Below, piece by piece: positions 48,765 through 59,275 of a stretch of 64,000 bases of DNA. Each line of letters opens with the position of its first letter. Position 1 is the stretch's first letter. A program made the position numbers and the translations under genes. The DNA comes from an uncultured Candidatus Binatia bacterium. GTDB lineage: Bacteria > Desulfobacterota > Binatia > Bin18. The stretch is taken from contig OZ241744.1 of assembly GCA_965200965.1 (NCBI GenBank), positions 1,344,001 to 1,408,000 on the forward strand, given 5' to 3'. The notes beneath the pieces are model-generated. The model ran no database searches, had not been told where the DNA came from, and worked only from the letters and a program-made list of their open reading frames with translations.

Positions 48765-48881
48765 ATGAAAACGCCGAGTCGAGAAGACCATCACACAGTC
48801 AACCGCATCATCGGTCGTGGCTTGGCCATTTTTATTGCGCTGTATATTGCAGCTACCGTGTGTTTTATTATCCTCGTCTAA
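48765..48881 (+). CDS. 38 aa single-TM microprotein inside the cox operon (below the ORF-track cutoff)
   Basis: MKTPSREDHHTVNRIIGRGLAIFIALYIAATVCFIILV*; fills the cyoE-coxC gap on the operon strand. Confidence 0.6.
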   Translation: MKTPSREDHHTVNRIIGRGLAIFIALYIAATVCFIILV

Positions 48882-48911
48882 GTTCATGGGAAAGATTCCG
48901 AGGAGTGCCTC

Positions 48912-49559
48912 ATGCCAAGCGCAACTGCCGCCGTTCCTCAGATAGCCGAACAGCCCCAGGCTCGCCCGGCTCCAGGTTTTGGCGGCGGGCCGCCACCGGG
49001 CGTATCAGACCCGCCGATCAGTAATGCCCGGCTGGGCATGCTCATGCTCATCAGCGCCGAAACCATGTTCTTTGTGGGCTTGATTGGCGCGTATGTGGTC
49101 TTTCGGGTCGGCAGTTCGGCTTGGCCGTCCGGCCATTTATACCTGCCGGTCGGTGTGACCTGGGTGAATACCCTGGTCTTATTCGTCAGCTGCTACACCA
49201 TGTATCGGGCCATAGCCGCCCTACGGCTTGACCACCAGCAAAGTTCAGGCAACTGGTTGGCCGTGACCTCGCTGTTAGGCACCCTCTTTTTAGGCGTCCA
49301 GGGCTATGAATGGACCCAACTGGTTCGGGACGGCCTGACGATTTCAACCGGCATCTACGGCGCAACATTCTACACCCTGATCGGCTGCCACGGCCTCCAC
49401 GTTTTGGCCGCCGTAGTCTGGTTGCTGATCGTCCTTCTCCTGACCAAGCGGGGTGCTTTTTCTGCCCGTCAGCCGATTGTCGTTGAGGTGTGCGGCATGT
49501 ACTGGTACTACGTTGGAGCCTTATGGGCCCTGTTATTTCCCCTGGTCTATTTGAACTGA
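48912..49559 (+). CDS. coxC: Cytochrome c oxidase subunit III-like (first copy)
   Basis: ETMFF, NTLVL, QGYEW, GCHGLHV, YWYYV. Confidence 0.88.
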   Translation: MPSATAAVPQIAEQPQARPAPGFGGGPPPGVSDPPISNARLGMLMLISAETMFFVGLIGAYVVFRVGSSAWPSGHLYLPVGVTWVNTLVLFVSCYTMYRAIAALRLDHQQSSGNWLAVTSLLGTLFLGVQGYEWTQLVRDGLTISTGIYGATFYTLIGCHGLHVLAAVVWLLIVLLLTKRGAFSARQPIVVEVCGMYWYYVGALWALLFPLVYLN

Positions 49560-49578
49560 TCACCTTGCGGAGCATTCA

Positions 49579-49905
49579 ATGTCGCCCAAGACCGTCGTGC
49601 TGATACGCCGAAGAAGCCTTGCCAGCCTAGGGCTAGCTTGGGGGCTGACCGGGCTGTTTCCGGTCCGATCCCTGGCCCAGGGCTGTGCCATGTGCAAGAC
49701 AGCCCTGTCCGGCTCTGAGGACCCCTTAGCGGTCGGCATTTTTTGGAGCGTCATGCTGATGATGGTCATGCCGTTTGTTCTCTTTGCCTCGGTCGGCGGA
49801 TGGATCTTTTACACCTATCGGAACGCCAGCCGTTCCTCACATCCGCCGGCAGAAGTGTTCCCTTTTGAGACCAGCCCGACAAAAAAGAAGGAGGATATGC
49901 CTTGA
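49579..49905 (+). CDS. Exported CxxC membrane protein of the cox operon
   Basis: Signal peptide ending SLA, then QGCAMC and one Met-rich TM segment. Confidence 0.7.
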   Translation: MSPKTVVLIRRRSLASLGLAWGLTGLFPVRSLAQGCAMCKTALSGSEDPLAVGIFWSVMLMMVMPFVLFASVGGWIFYTYRNASRSSHPPAEVFPFETSPTKKKEDMP

Positions 49906-50522
49906 GCGAAGCGGTTATTGAAACACACGGGGCTGTTGAACCAGCCGAATCGCCACTGACCCCGGAAAGCTGGGGCAAACTTGGCATGTGGGTTTTTCTG
50001 GCCGGTGACGCCATGTCGTTCGGCGGGCTGCTGGCCGGCTACGGTGCCTTGCGTGCCAGCAGCCCGGACTGGCCCGACCCGCTTACCACGCTGGGTATTG
50101 AGTTGACCGCGGGGATGACCTTCCTCCTCATCTGTAGCAGCGTCACTATGGTCAAGGCGCTGTCCGCGGCCCGGCATAATGACCTAGCCGGCTTTAAAAA
50201 ATTCATGTTGCTGACCATCATTGGCGGGACCATCTTTCTCCTGCTCCAGGCCTATGAATGGACCCATCTGACCCACGAAGGCATGACCATGAGCCGCAAT
50301 CCCTGGGGAGCGGCGCTGTTCGGCACAACCTTCTACATCCTGACCGGCTTTCACGGCTGCCATGTGTTTGGCGGTGTGGTCTATCTGACGTGTATTCTGC
50401 TCAGCGGTCTCAAGGGTAGATACACCGGCGAAGATGCCAACCATGTCGAGATCGTCGGCCTGTACTGGCACTTTGTTGACCTGGTCTGGATTCTGGTCTT
50501 CACCTTCGTCTACTTGCTATAG
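49902..50522 (+). CDS. coxC: Cytochrome c oxidase subunit III-like (second copy)
   Basis: GKLGMWVFLAGD, TGFHGCHV, GLYWHFVDLVW; RBS gaggagg-like. Confidence 0.9.
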   Translation: MSEAVIETHGAVEPAESPLTPESWGKLGMWVFLAGDAMSFGGLLAGYGALRASSPDWPDPLTTLGIELTAGMTFLLICSSVTMVKALSAARHNDLAGFKKFMLLTIIGGTIFLLLQAYEWTHLTHEGMTMSRNPWGAALFGTTFYILTGFHGCHVFGGVVYLTCILLSGLKGRYTGEDANHVEIVGLYWHFVDLVWILVFTFVYLL

Positions 50523-50534
50523 GGAGAGCGTCCT

Positions 50535-50864
50535 ATGGAGAACGCCCATTACGAGCCTAACTACATGAATATCTTTTGGGCCTTGACCATTCTGACGATC
50601 GTTGAGGTCTTAGTCCCGGTCCTCGGTGTGTTCAGCCGGTCAATAAACGGCACCATTCTGGTTCTACTAGCGGTGGTCAAGGCCACCCTGGTTGCCCTGT
50701 ATTTCATGCACCTCAGGTTCGAGCGCACGACGCTGGGTGCCATCGCCCTCACGCCCATGATTATCTGTGTCTTTCTGATTTTCATGCTGCTGCCAGACCT
50801 GACCTCAGACGACAGGACCTACACCCCGCCAGAAACCCCGGCGGTCAGCGCCGCCGAACACTAG
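50535..50864 (+). CDS. coxD: Cytochrome c oxidase subunit IV
   Basis: LTIVE, KATLVALYFMHLRFE. Confidence 0.88.
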   Translation: MENAHYEPNYMNIFWALTILTIVEVLVPVLGVFSRSINGTILVLLAVVKATLVALYFMHLRFERTTLGAIALTPMIICVFLIFMLLPDLTSDDRTYTPPETPAVSAAEH

Positions 50865-51219
50865 CCGGTTTGCCGGTCGTCAAGATGTAGGCCAGACTGA
50901 GCCACAGGCTGCGCGAATACCGAAAGAACCACAGAGGAAACACCCCGGCAAATGTCACCCACACCACCAACTGCTCGGTGAGGGTCATGCTGGTGCAGGC
51001 GTCAAGGACGAAAAAGCCGGCTATGCCCAGCACGGCCGTGGCACCATAGTTGATATAAATCGCCCCGACAAAATAGCCCTGCTCCTGTTCAAACGCGTAG
51101 CCACACTGTGAGCACCGGTCGCGCATGGTGAAAAAGCCAGTAAACAGCCGCCCATCTCCACACCGGGGACAGCGCAGGCGCACGCCCCTCAGCAGCATGT
51201 GTCCAATCCGAGCCATCAT
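50845..51219 (-). CDS. DUF983 family Zn-ribbon membrane protein
   Basis: RCPRCGDGRLF...CSQCG, two TM segments; RBS ggaggag. Confidence 0.8.
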   Translation of the reverse strand: MMARIGHMLLRGVRLRCPRCGDGRLFTGFFTMRDRCSQCGYAFEQEQGYFVGAIYINYGATAVLGIAGFFVLDACTSMTLTEQLVVWVTFAGVFPLWFFRYSRSLWLSLAYILTTGKPASVRRR

Positions 51220-51233
51220 TCTCCTCCGCTACG

Positions 51234-51462
51234 TCTTTTCCCCTTGACCGTACATGCTGGGGACCTGTGATCCTTGGCTACCGAGACAGGAAAGCGCTTC
51301 GCCTTGTCGGAGACTTCCAGAGCTTTGAGCAGCAAGCCGCCAAGCGACTCGCGATCCTGAACGCGGCCCCATCTCCATACAACATCCGCAGCCCTGCCAA
51401 GCAACCGTCTTGAAGCCCTCAGCGGAGGTCGCCAAGGACAGTCTTCCATCTCAGGGCGAAGA
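51234..51462 (-). ncRNA. Putative structured non-coding RNA (family unknown; 6S-like rod possible)
   Basis: Nested complementarity: ccctga/tcaaggg, tccttggc/gccaagga, tccgc/gcgga, ttgt-ggagat/gtctcc-acaa, gcgagtcgc/gcggcttgc. Inner G-U pairs favour the minus strand. Confidence 0.45.
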
Positions 51463-51575
51463 ACAGCCGACTTTGGAATAGAACGCGACAAGAACGGACG
51501 AGCGCCGTATCCTCGGCCGGCCAACCGCATTGCTGCCTAGCGTCTCCTGTGATAGGCTCAGTTTTCTCCCGCAAC

Positions 51576-51647
51576 GCCCTCGTGGTGAAATGGATATCAC
51601 ACAGGTCTCCGGAACCTGGGGTCTGGGTTCGATTCCCGGCGAGGGTA
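51576..51647 (+). tRNA. tRNA-Arg (anticodon CCG), CCA not encoded
   Basis: Acceptor GCCCTCG/CGAGGGT, anticodon arm CAGGT-CTCCGGA-ACCTG, T-loop GGTTCGATTCC. Confidence 0.95.
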
Positions 51648-51768
51648 TGTTCACTGCACCGGAGGGCCGCTCTCTACAGATCGCCACAATCGTTGCCGCG
51701 GACGGCCACATCCTTAGAACCGTCCGCTCTGTGGAAAAAGAATCTCTCCACCTCACAAAGGAGGACTT

Positions 51769-52575
51769 ATGCCATACGCACACGTCAACCGGATTCGGCT
51801 GCACTACGACAGTCAAGGCCATGGCCAGCCTCTCTTGCTCATCATGGGCCTCGGCTCACCAGCCGCCAACTGGGACCGGCCATTTGTGGAAGCCATGACC
51901 CAGACCCACCAGGTCATCACCTACGATAACCGGGGCACCGGCCAGTCCGACAAGCCCGACGAAGACTACTCGATCGCATTGTTTGCCAGCGACGCGTCCG
52001 GACTGCTGGATGCCCTGCACATTCCCAGAGCCCATGTGTTTGGAATCTCAATGGGCGGCATGATTGCCCAAGAGTTGGCGATTCATTATCCCCAACGCCT
52101 AGCCAGCCTGACCCTCGGCTGTACCACGCCGGGCGGAAAACACGCTGTTCCGGCTCCGCCGGAATCAATGCAGGCGCTCAAAGGCCGGGTCGGCCAGACG
52201 CCGGAAGAGGCCGGCCGGGCAGCCTGGAAACTGGCCTATTCAGCAGACTATATTCGTGAGCACTGCGACGAACTTGAAGCCCACCTGCAACAGTCTTTGA
52301 CCCACGTCACACCGCGCTTTGCCTATGAACGCCATATTCAGGCAACCATGACCCTGCGCGTATTCAGGCAGCTCAAAGACATCACCGCCCCGACCTTGGT
52401 TGCGACCGGTCGTGACGATATTCTGATCCCATCCGCCAACTCCGAAATCCTGGCGCGTGAGATTCCAAACGCCGAGTTGCGCATTTTTGAGAATGCCGGA
52501 CATGGCTTTGTGACGGCCGCCCGCGATCCCTTCTTAGCCGTCTTTCAGGAGTTTCTTTCCCGGCAGAGTATCTGA
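51769..52575 (+). CDS. Alpha/beta hydrolase
   Basis: DNRGTG, GISMGG nucleophile elbow, GRDD, AGH. Confidence 0.92.
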   Translation: MPYAHVNRIRLHYDSQGHGQPLLLIMGLGSPAANWDRPFVEAMTQTHQVITYDNRGTGQSDKPDEDYSIALFASDASGLLDALHIPRAHVFGISMGGMIAQELAIHYPQRLASLTLGCTTPGGKHAVPAPPESMQALKGRVGQTPEEAGRAAWKLAYSADYIREHCDELEAHLQQSLTHVTPRFAYERHIQATMTLRVFRQLKDITAPTLVATGRDDILIPSANSEILAREIPNAELRIFENAGHGFVTAARDPFLAVFQEFLSRQSI

Positions 52576-52660
52576 TTTTCCTTCGCCCTGGTGAGTGAGG
52601 GCGAGGGAATGCGCGGTGAAGACCTGCCGAGACGCTGCCTGAAGAGGCGAGGGAGAGGGT

Positions 52661-54547
<1,887 letters not shown>

Positions 54548-54740
54548 TGAGGCAGAATGACTGTCGGCTGGTCATGCAGGAATCTCTGCATATGCCGATT
54601 TCGCAGGGTTGAGGGAGGGGCAGACCTTCCTACCGGATTCCCATTTTCCGGGATCGGGCAAGTACGCTGTAACCAACACTGCCGGATACTTGGAGGAACG
54701 ACATTCGGATAAGCGGGTCCGATTGGCCGAAGTGTTGAAT

Positions 54741-55117
54741 TCATCGTGGCGGAGGATGATCAAGGCGAAAGTAGGCAAGTCCTTCGATTGGGATGCCATC
54801 CTTACTCATACCGCCCAAATCCCCACACCTCCGGGTGGTCCCTCATCACTACCCAGAGGAATAACCCGAAGCAACGCCCGGAAGCGTTGATGTCACGGCG
54901 ACAGGCATGAGTGTAGATCGACTCAAAAACCGTACCGGTCCAATCAGAGCCTGGCATCCAGCTTGAAGTGTGGACTTCGCCGCCTTCAATCCGCCCCCAG
55001 GAGGCCGGTACGAATAGCGTCGAACTGCTCATCCGTTAGCCGAGATCGCCAGATATCAAATTCACGCCGGTGGGGGATATCCGTGATATACTGATTAGAG
55101 TCGAAGGAGTACAGCAT
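54741..55117 (-). pseudogene. Frameshifted hypothetical gene
   Basis: MLYSFDS...FDAIR / RIEGGEVHTSSWMPGSDWTGTVFE...WGFGRYE / KDGIPIEGLAYFRLDHPPPR* read continuously only with two frameshifts; strong RBS; lower GC than flanks. Confidence 0.6.
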
Positions 55118-55210
55118 CCTTGCTCCTCCTCTGAATCTGACACCGTTAATGATGCGAGCGAAATACACACGCTACACCGTTATTTCCCAAAACGAGAGTC
55201 CCACAGCGGC

Positions 55211-56260
55211 CTAGCTGCCCCGCAACTCTTTGCGCACAATCCTGGCTCCGGCAACCAGGGCGTGCAACTTGGCCCGGGCCAGACCGCGCGACGAGGCCGA
55301 AAAGCCACAATCACAGCTCAGGTAGAGTTTTTCAGGATCGACGTGCTGTAAGACGATCCGTGTCCGTTCGGCCACATCTTCCGGCGTCTCCAGATACATC
55401 GACTTCACGTCAATGACCCCGGCGGCCAGCTCACGGTCCGCACCAAACTCGCTCCAGAGTTCGACTTCGGACATTTCCCGGTTCGAGAACTCCAGGGCAA
55501 ACTGCTCTGCCCTGGACTCCAGAATGCCCGGAAACAGCGGACGGTAGGTGCGTTTCGTGGCCGGGCGGCCCTGATTGTTGCCAAAGCAGATGTGCAACGC
55601 GATTTTGGCCTCGAGACCCTCAACCGTCTTATTGAACAGGGCGACCGTCTCTTCAACCGGCAGGACCGGGGTGCGACCAACCGCGGAGGGCTCATCAATC
55701 TGAATAAATGTCGCCCCCGCGGCCACCACCTGCTTGAGTTCCCGGTTCACCAGTGCGGCCAGATCATACAGCAGCGGCAGGGAGTCGCCGCTGTAGCCGG
55801 CCTTGGGGGTGATCGGCAGGGCGAGCGTCAACGGGCCTGGGCAGCACACCTTGAGCGGCTTGCAGGTCAGCTTACGCACGTCCTGGTATTCCTGGACCAA
55901 GCCAAAGCCTTCAGGCGCACCGACCCGCTCAAGTGTCTCAAAACGCGGCGCACTGTCATAGCTCATCACCCCCAGCTTGCGTTGGGCGGGAACAACGCTT
56001 AGGCCGGACAGCTTTTCGACCACATTCCACAGGAAACGCTGGCGGCGGATTTCCCCATCGCTCAGAATATCAAGCCCGGCCTCCTCCTGGTCGCACACCG
56101 CAACCCTGACCGCATCAAGAACAGCCTCTTCCAGGTCGGCCGGCCCCGCGCTGCCGGCCCGCAGCGCTCGGCGCATCGCGGTCAACCAGCCGGGTGACGC
56201 ATACGATCCCACCCCCATAGTGGGCAGGACACCAAGCTCAGTTCCGTTGAGAAGCGGCAT
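55211..56260 (-). CDS. Cobalamin-independent methionine synthase II family (MetE C-terminal domain only)
   Basis: VGSY, SDGEIRR, PGPLT, IQIDEP, HICFGN, CDCG Zn ligands. Confidence 0.85.
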   Translation of the reverse strand: MPLLNGTELGVLPTMGVGSYASPGWLTAMRRALRAGSAGPADLEEAVLDAVRVAVCDQEEAGLDILSDGEIRRQRFLWNVVEKLSGLSVVPAQRKLGVMSYDSAPRFETLERVGAPEGFGLVQEYQDVRKLTCKPLKVCCPGPLTLALPITPKAGYSGDSLPLLYDLAALVNRELKQVVAAGATFIQIDEPSAVGRTPVLPVEETVALFNKTVEGLEAKIALHICFGNNQGRPATKRTYRPLFPGILESRAEQFALEFSNREMSEVELWSEFGADRELAAGVIDVKSMYLETPEDVAERTRIVLQHVDPEKLYLSCDCGFSASSRGLARAKLHALVAGARIVRKELRGS

Positions 56261-56459
56261 TGTTCAACCTCCTTCACGGCTGTGAGCCAGCCCTGTTCTT
56301 GTCGCGCTCTTGTAGCAAAAAAGCGCGCCGGTGTCTGTAAGGGCGAACGATGATTTGATGGGGCGCGTATCATCCTTCCCCCTTTCTTGCGGACACCGGC
56401 GCTTTTTCCTGTCAGCCGTCTGTGCTAGGCTGAAATGGTCCATACTGAGGGGAGTATAC

Positions 56460-57647
56460 ATGACACGGCTTGGTCGGCTGTCCATCCCGCAACGGGTCCT
56501 GCTCGGTCCAGGTCCCAGCAATGTCCATCCGCATGTCCTCCAGGCGATGTCCACCCCCTTGGTCGGTCATCTTGATCCCAAGTTCATCGAACTGATGGAC
56601 CACACCCAAGAGCTGCTGCGGTTTGTTTTCCAGACCCACAACAGGATGACCTTGCCCATCTCCGGCACCGGCAGTGCGGGTATGGAAACCTGTCTGGCCA
56701 ACCTGATTGAACCGGGAGATGAGGTCATCATTGGGGTGAACGGGGTCTTTGGCACGCGCATGGTCGAGGTTGCCGAGCGCTGCGGCGCGCGGCCATTTGC
56801 CATGCGAACAGACTGGGGCCGCGTCTTCAGCCGCGAACAGGTCCAAGAGACGCTGGACCGGTGCCGGCGGCCCAAGTTTGTCGCCTTGGTCCACGCCGAA
56901 ACCTCAACCGGTGCCTGGCAGCCGCTCGAAGAACTGGCCTCCCTCATTCACCAGGCCGGTGCCCTGTTTGTGGTGGACGCCGTGACCTCGCTGGGCGGCT
57001 GTCCGCTTGAGGTCGATAACTGGGGCATTGACGCCTGCTACAGCGGCACTCAGAAATGCCTGAGTTGTCCGCCGGGGCTATCCCCGGTGACCTTCAGTCA
57101 GGCCGCGCTAGATGTCATTGGCAGGCGCGCCTCTCGGGTCCAGAGCTGGTATCTCGACCTCAGCCTGCTGGGCAATTACTGGAGTAAAGGCCAAGCCAGG
57201 CGGGTCTATCACCACACCGCCCCAATCTCAATGATCTATGCGCTGTGTGAAGCCCTGAGCCTGGTCAAAGACGAAGGGCTATTGGCCCGTCATGCACGCC
57301 ATAGGCGCAACCACGAGGCTCTAGCGGCCGGCCTCAAAGCCCTGGGCATGGAACTGGTCGCCGAGGAGGGCCACCGGCTGTGGATGCTCAACAGCGTCAG
57401 CGTACCCGACAGAATTGACGAGGCCGCGGTGCGCACTACCCTGCTGAACGACTACAACATTGAGATCGGTGCCGGACTAGGCGATTTTGCCGGCAAGGTG
57501 TGGCGGATTGGGCTTATGGGAGAGTCCAGCTCTCAGGAAAACGTCTTGCTCCTGTTGGAATCTCTGGAAGCGGTGTTGGGTCACCACGGCCATCAACGTC
57601 AGCCTGGAGACGCTGCCCGGGCGGCGCGGCAAGTCTACGCCACCTAA
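56460..57647 (+). CDS. Alanine/serine-glyoxylate aminotransferase (class V)
   Basis: LLGPGPSN, SGTGSAGME, HAETSTG, SGTQKCLSCPPG, YHHTAP. Confidence 0.93.
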   Translation: MTRLGRLSIPQRVLLGPGPSNVHPHVLQAMSTPLVGHLDPKFIELMDHTQELLRFVFQTHNRMTLPISGTGSAGMETCLANLIEPGDEVIIGVNGVFGTRMVEVAERCGARPFAMRTDWGRVFSREQVQETLDRCRRPKFVALVHAETSTGAWQPLEELASLIHQAGALFVVDAVTSLGGCPLEVDNWGIDACYSGTQKCLSCPPGLSPVTFSQAALDVIGRRASRVQSWYLDLSLLGNYWSKGQARRVYHHTAPISMIYALCEALSLVKDEGLLARHARHRRNHEALAAGLKALGMELVAEEGHRLWMLNSVSVPDRIDEAAVRTTLLNDYNIEIGAGLGDFAGKVWRIGLMGESSSQENVLLLLESLEAVLGHHGHQRQPGDAARAARQVYAT

Positions 57648-57674
57648 CCCAAAACGCAAAGGTGGAGCAGGAAG

Positions 57675-58841
57675 ATGGAGATGTGGATCAGGCTGGGAAG
57701 GTCGTATTTTTGCCGTTTGCCGTTTGTCATTTGCCTTTTGACCCTTCTTGTCTTCCTCCTCCCTCCCCTCCACGCCGCCCCGCCCATCCTCGTCCGCCTC
57801 GCCCCCCACAGCGCGCCCGCCCTGTACGACGACCTCAGCCGCACCTCTCTCAAGTATGCGGTGAGACGCAGCCTCACGGCACTCCGCCCCAGACCCGACG
57901 CCGCACCCGTGGTCTTTGGCGCTCAGCGCCTGAGCCTGAGCCACCTCCGTAACAGCCTGCAACACTTTTACACCCTGCTGGAAACCGAAGAAGACCTAGC
58001 TGCCGCGGTCCTGCGCGACTTTGATATCTACCGGGCCAACGCTCAGATCCTGTTTACCGGCTACCATGAGCCGCTGCTCAGGGGCAGCCTAGTCCGCACC
58101 CAACGCTACCGCTATCCCCTCTACCGCACGCCCGACGACCTGGTCAAACTCGCCCCGGCCTCGGGCCAGAGCACCCCGCGGGTCGGGCGCTGGATCAAGG
58201 GCCGGTTCGTGCCCTACTTCACCCGGGCCGACATTGATGGTCGGGGTGTGCTGGCCAACAGACGTTGTGAGCTTGCCTGGCTGGATGACCCGGTAGCCCT
58301 GTTCTTCTTGCACATTCAAGGCTCTGGACAGATTGAACTGACGGACGGCTCACGCCTGCGGGTCGGCTATGCCGGCACAAACGGACACCCCTATACCAGT
58401 ATTGGCAAACACCTGCGCCAACAGGGCAAACTCCAACCCGGAGCCACCGCTGCTCCGGATATCAAGCGCTACCTGTATACCCACCCCGAAGAACAGAACG
58501 CCATTTTTTTTCAGAATCGGCGCTATGTTTTTTTTCGACCCAGCCGGGGCGAGCCGCGCGGCAGCCTCGGCAGCCGGCTGACCGCCGGACGTTCGATTGC
58601 CACCGACCCCCGGGTCTATCCGCTCGGCGCACTTGGATTTATCCGCACCAGAAAACCCCATGTCAGTCGCCACCAGGACTTGGCTTGGCAGCCCTTTTCT
58701 CGTTTTGTACTGCTTCAGGATAGCGGCGCAGCAATTCGCGGTCCCGGGCGGGCGGATATCTTCTGGGGCAGTGGCGACCAGATTGAAGCCGGCTATATGG
58801 CCGAGCAGGGCGAACTCTACCTGCTGCTGAAAAAGCGCTAA
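57675..58841 (+). CDS. mltA: Membrane-bound lytic murein transglycosylase A
   Basis: FTGYHEP, FFLHIQGSG, NGHPYTSIG, SIATD, QDSGAAIRGPGRADIFWG. Confidence 0.92.
   Translation: MEMWIRLGRSYFCRLPFVICLLTLLVFLLPPLHAAPPILVRLAPHSAPALYDDLSRTSLKYAVRRSLTALRPRPDAAPVVFGAQRLSLSHLRNSLQHFYTLLETEEDLAAAVLRDFDIYRANAQILFTGYHEPLLRGSLVRTQRYRYPLYRTPDDLVKLAPASGQSTPRVGRWIKGRFVPYFTRADIDGRGVLANRRCELAWLDDPVALFFLHIQGSGQIELTDGSRLRVGYAGTNGHPYTSIGKHLRQQGKLQPGATAAPDIKRYLYTHPEEQNAIFFQNRRYVFFRPSRGEPRGSLGSRLTAGRSIATDPRVYPLGALGFIRTRKPHVSRHQDLAWQPFSRFVLLQDSGAAIRGPGRADIFWGSGDQIEAGYMAEQGELYLLLKKR
57709..57743 (+). repeat. Heptamer tandem repeat (TTTGNCN x5)
   Basis: tttgccg tttgccg tttgtca tttgcct tttgacc. Confidence 0.75.
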
Positions 58842-59275
58842 TGGGCAAACAGATCAGGGCAATGTCAGCACCAGCCATTCCCACCAGGGGACTGCGCCAT
58901 GTAGCCCTCAACGTTGCCGATGTTGCGACCTCGGTCGCCTTTTACACCGAACTGTTCGGGATGCGGGTCGTCTGGCAGCCCGATGCCGAGAATGCCTATC
59001 TGTCGTCCGGCTGCGACAACCTTGCCCTGCACCGGGCCTCACCCGAGCCACCGAGCCAAGCGGCCGGACAGCGGCTCGCCCATCTTGGTTTTGTGGTTGC
59101 CGACCCAATCGATGTGGACCGGGCGGCCGAGATGCTGAGCGCCCGGCAGGTCCCCATCGTTGCCGCTCCGCGAACCCACCGAGACGGGAGCCGCTCCCTG
59201 TACTGCAAGGACCCGGACGGCACCCTGATCCAGGTCCTGTATGAACCACGCCTCAGTCCCCAACAATTCGGCTGA
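58841..59275 (+). CDS. VOC/glyoxalase family protein
   Basis: LRHVALNV, HLGF, HRDGSRSLY.KDPDG. Confidence 0.88.
   Translation: MGKQIRAMSAPAIPTRGLRHVALNVADVATSVAFYTELFGMRVVWQPDAENAYLSSGCDNLALHRASPEPPSQAAGQRLAHLGFVVADPIDVDRAAEMLSARQVPIVAAPRTHRDGSRSLYCKDPDGTLIQVLYEPRLSPQQFG

Noticed and set aside
51576-51700. tRNA-Arg as an integration site for a mobile element
   Set aside because: No integrase and no duplicated tRNA 3' end seen; the downstream genes look chromosomal
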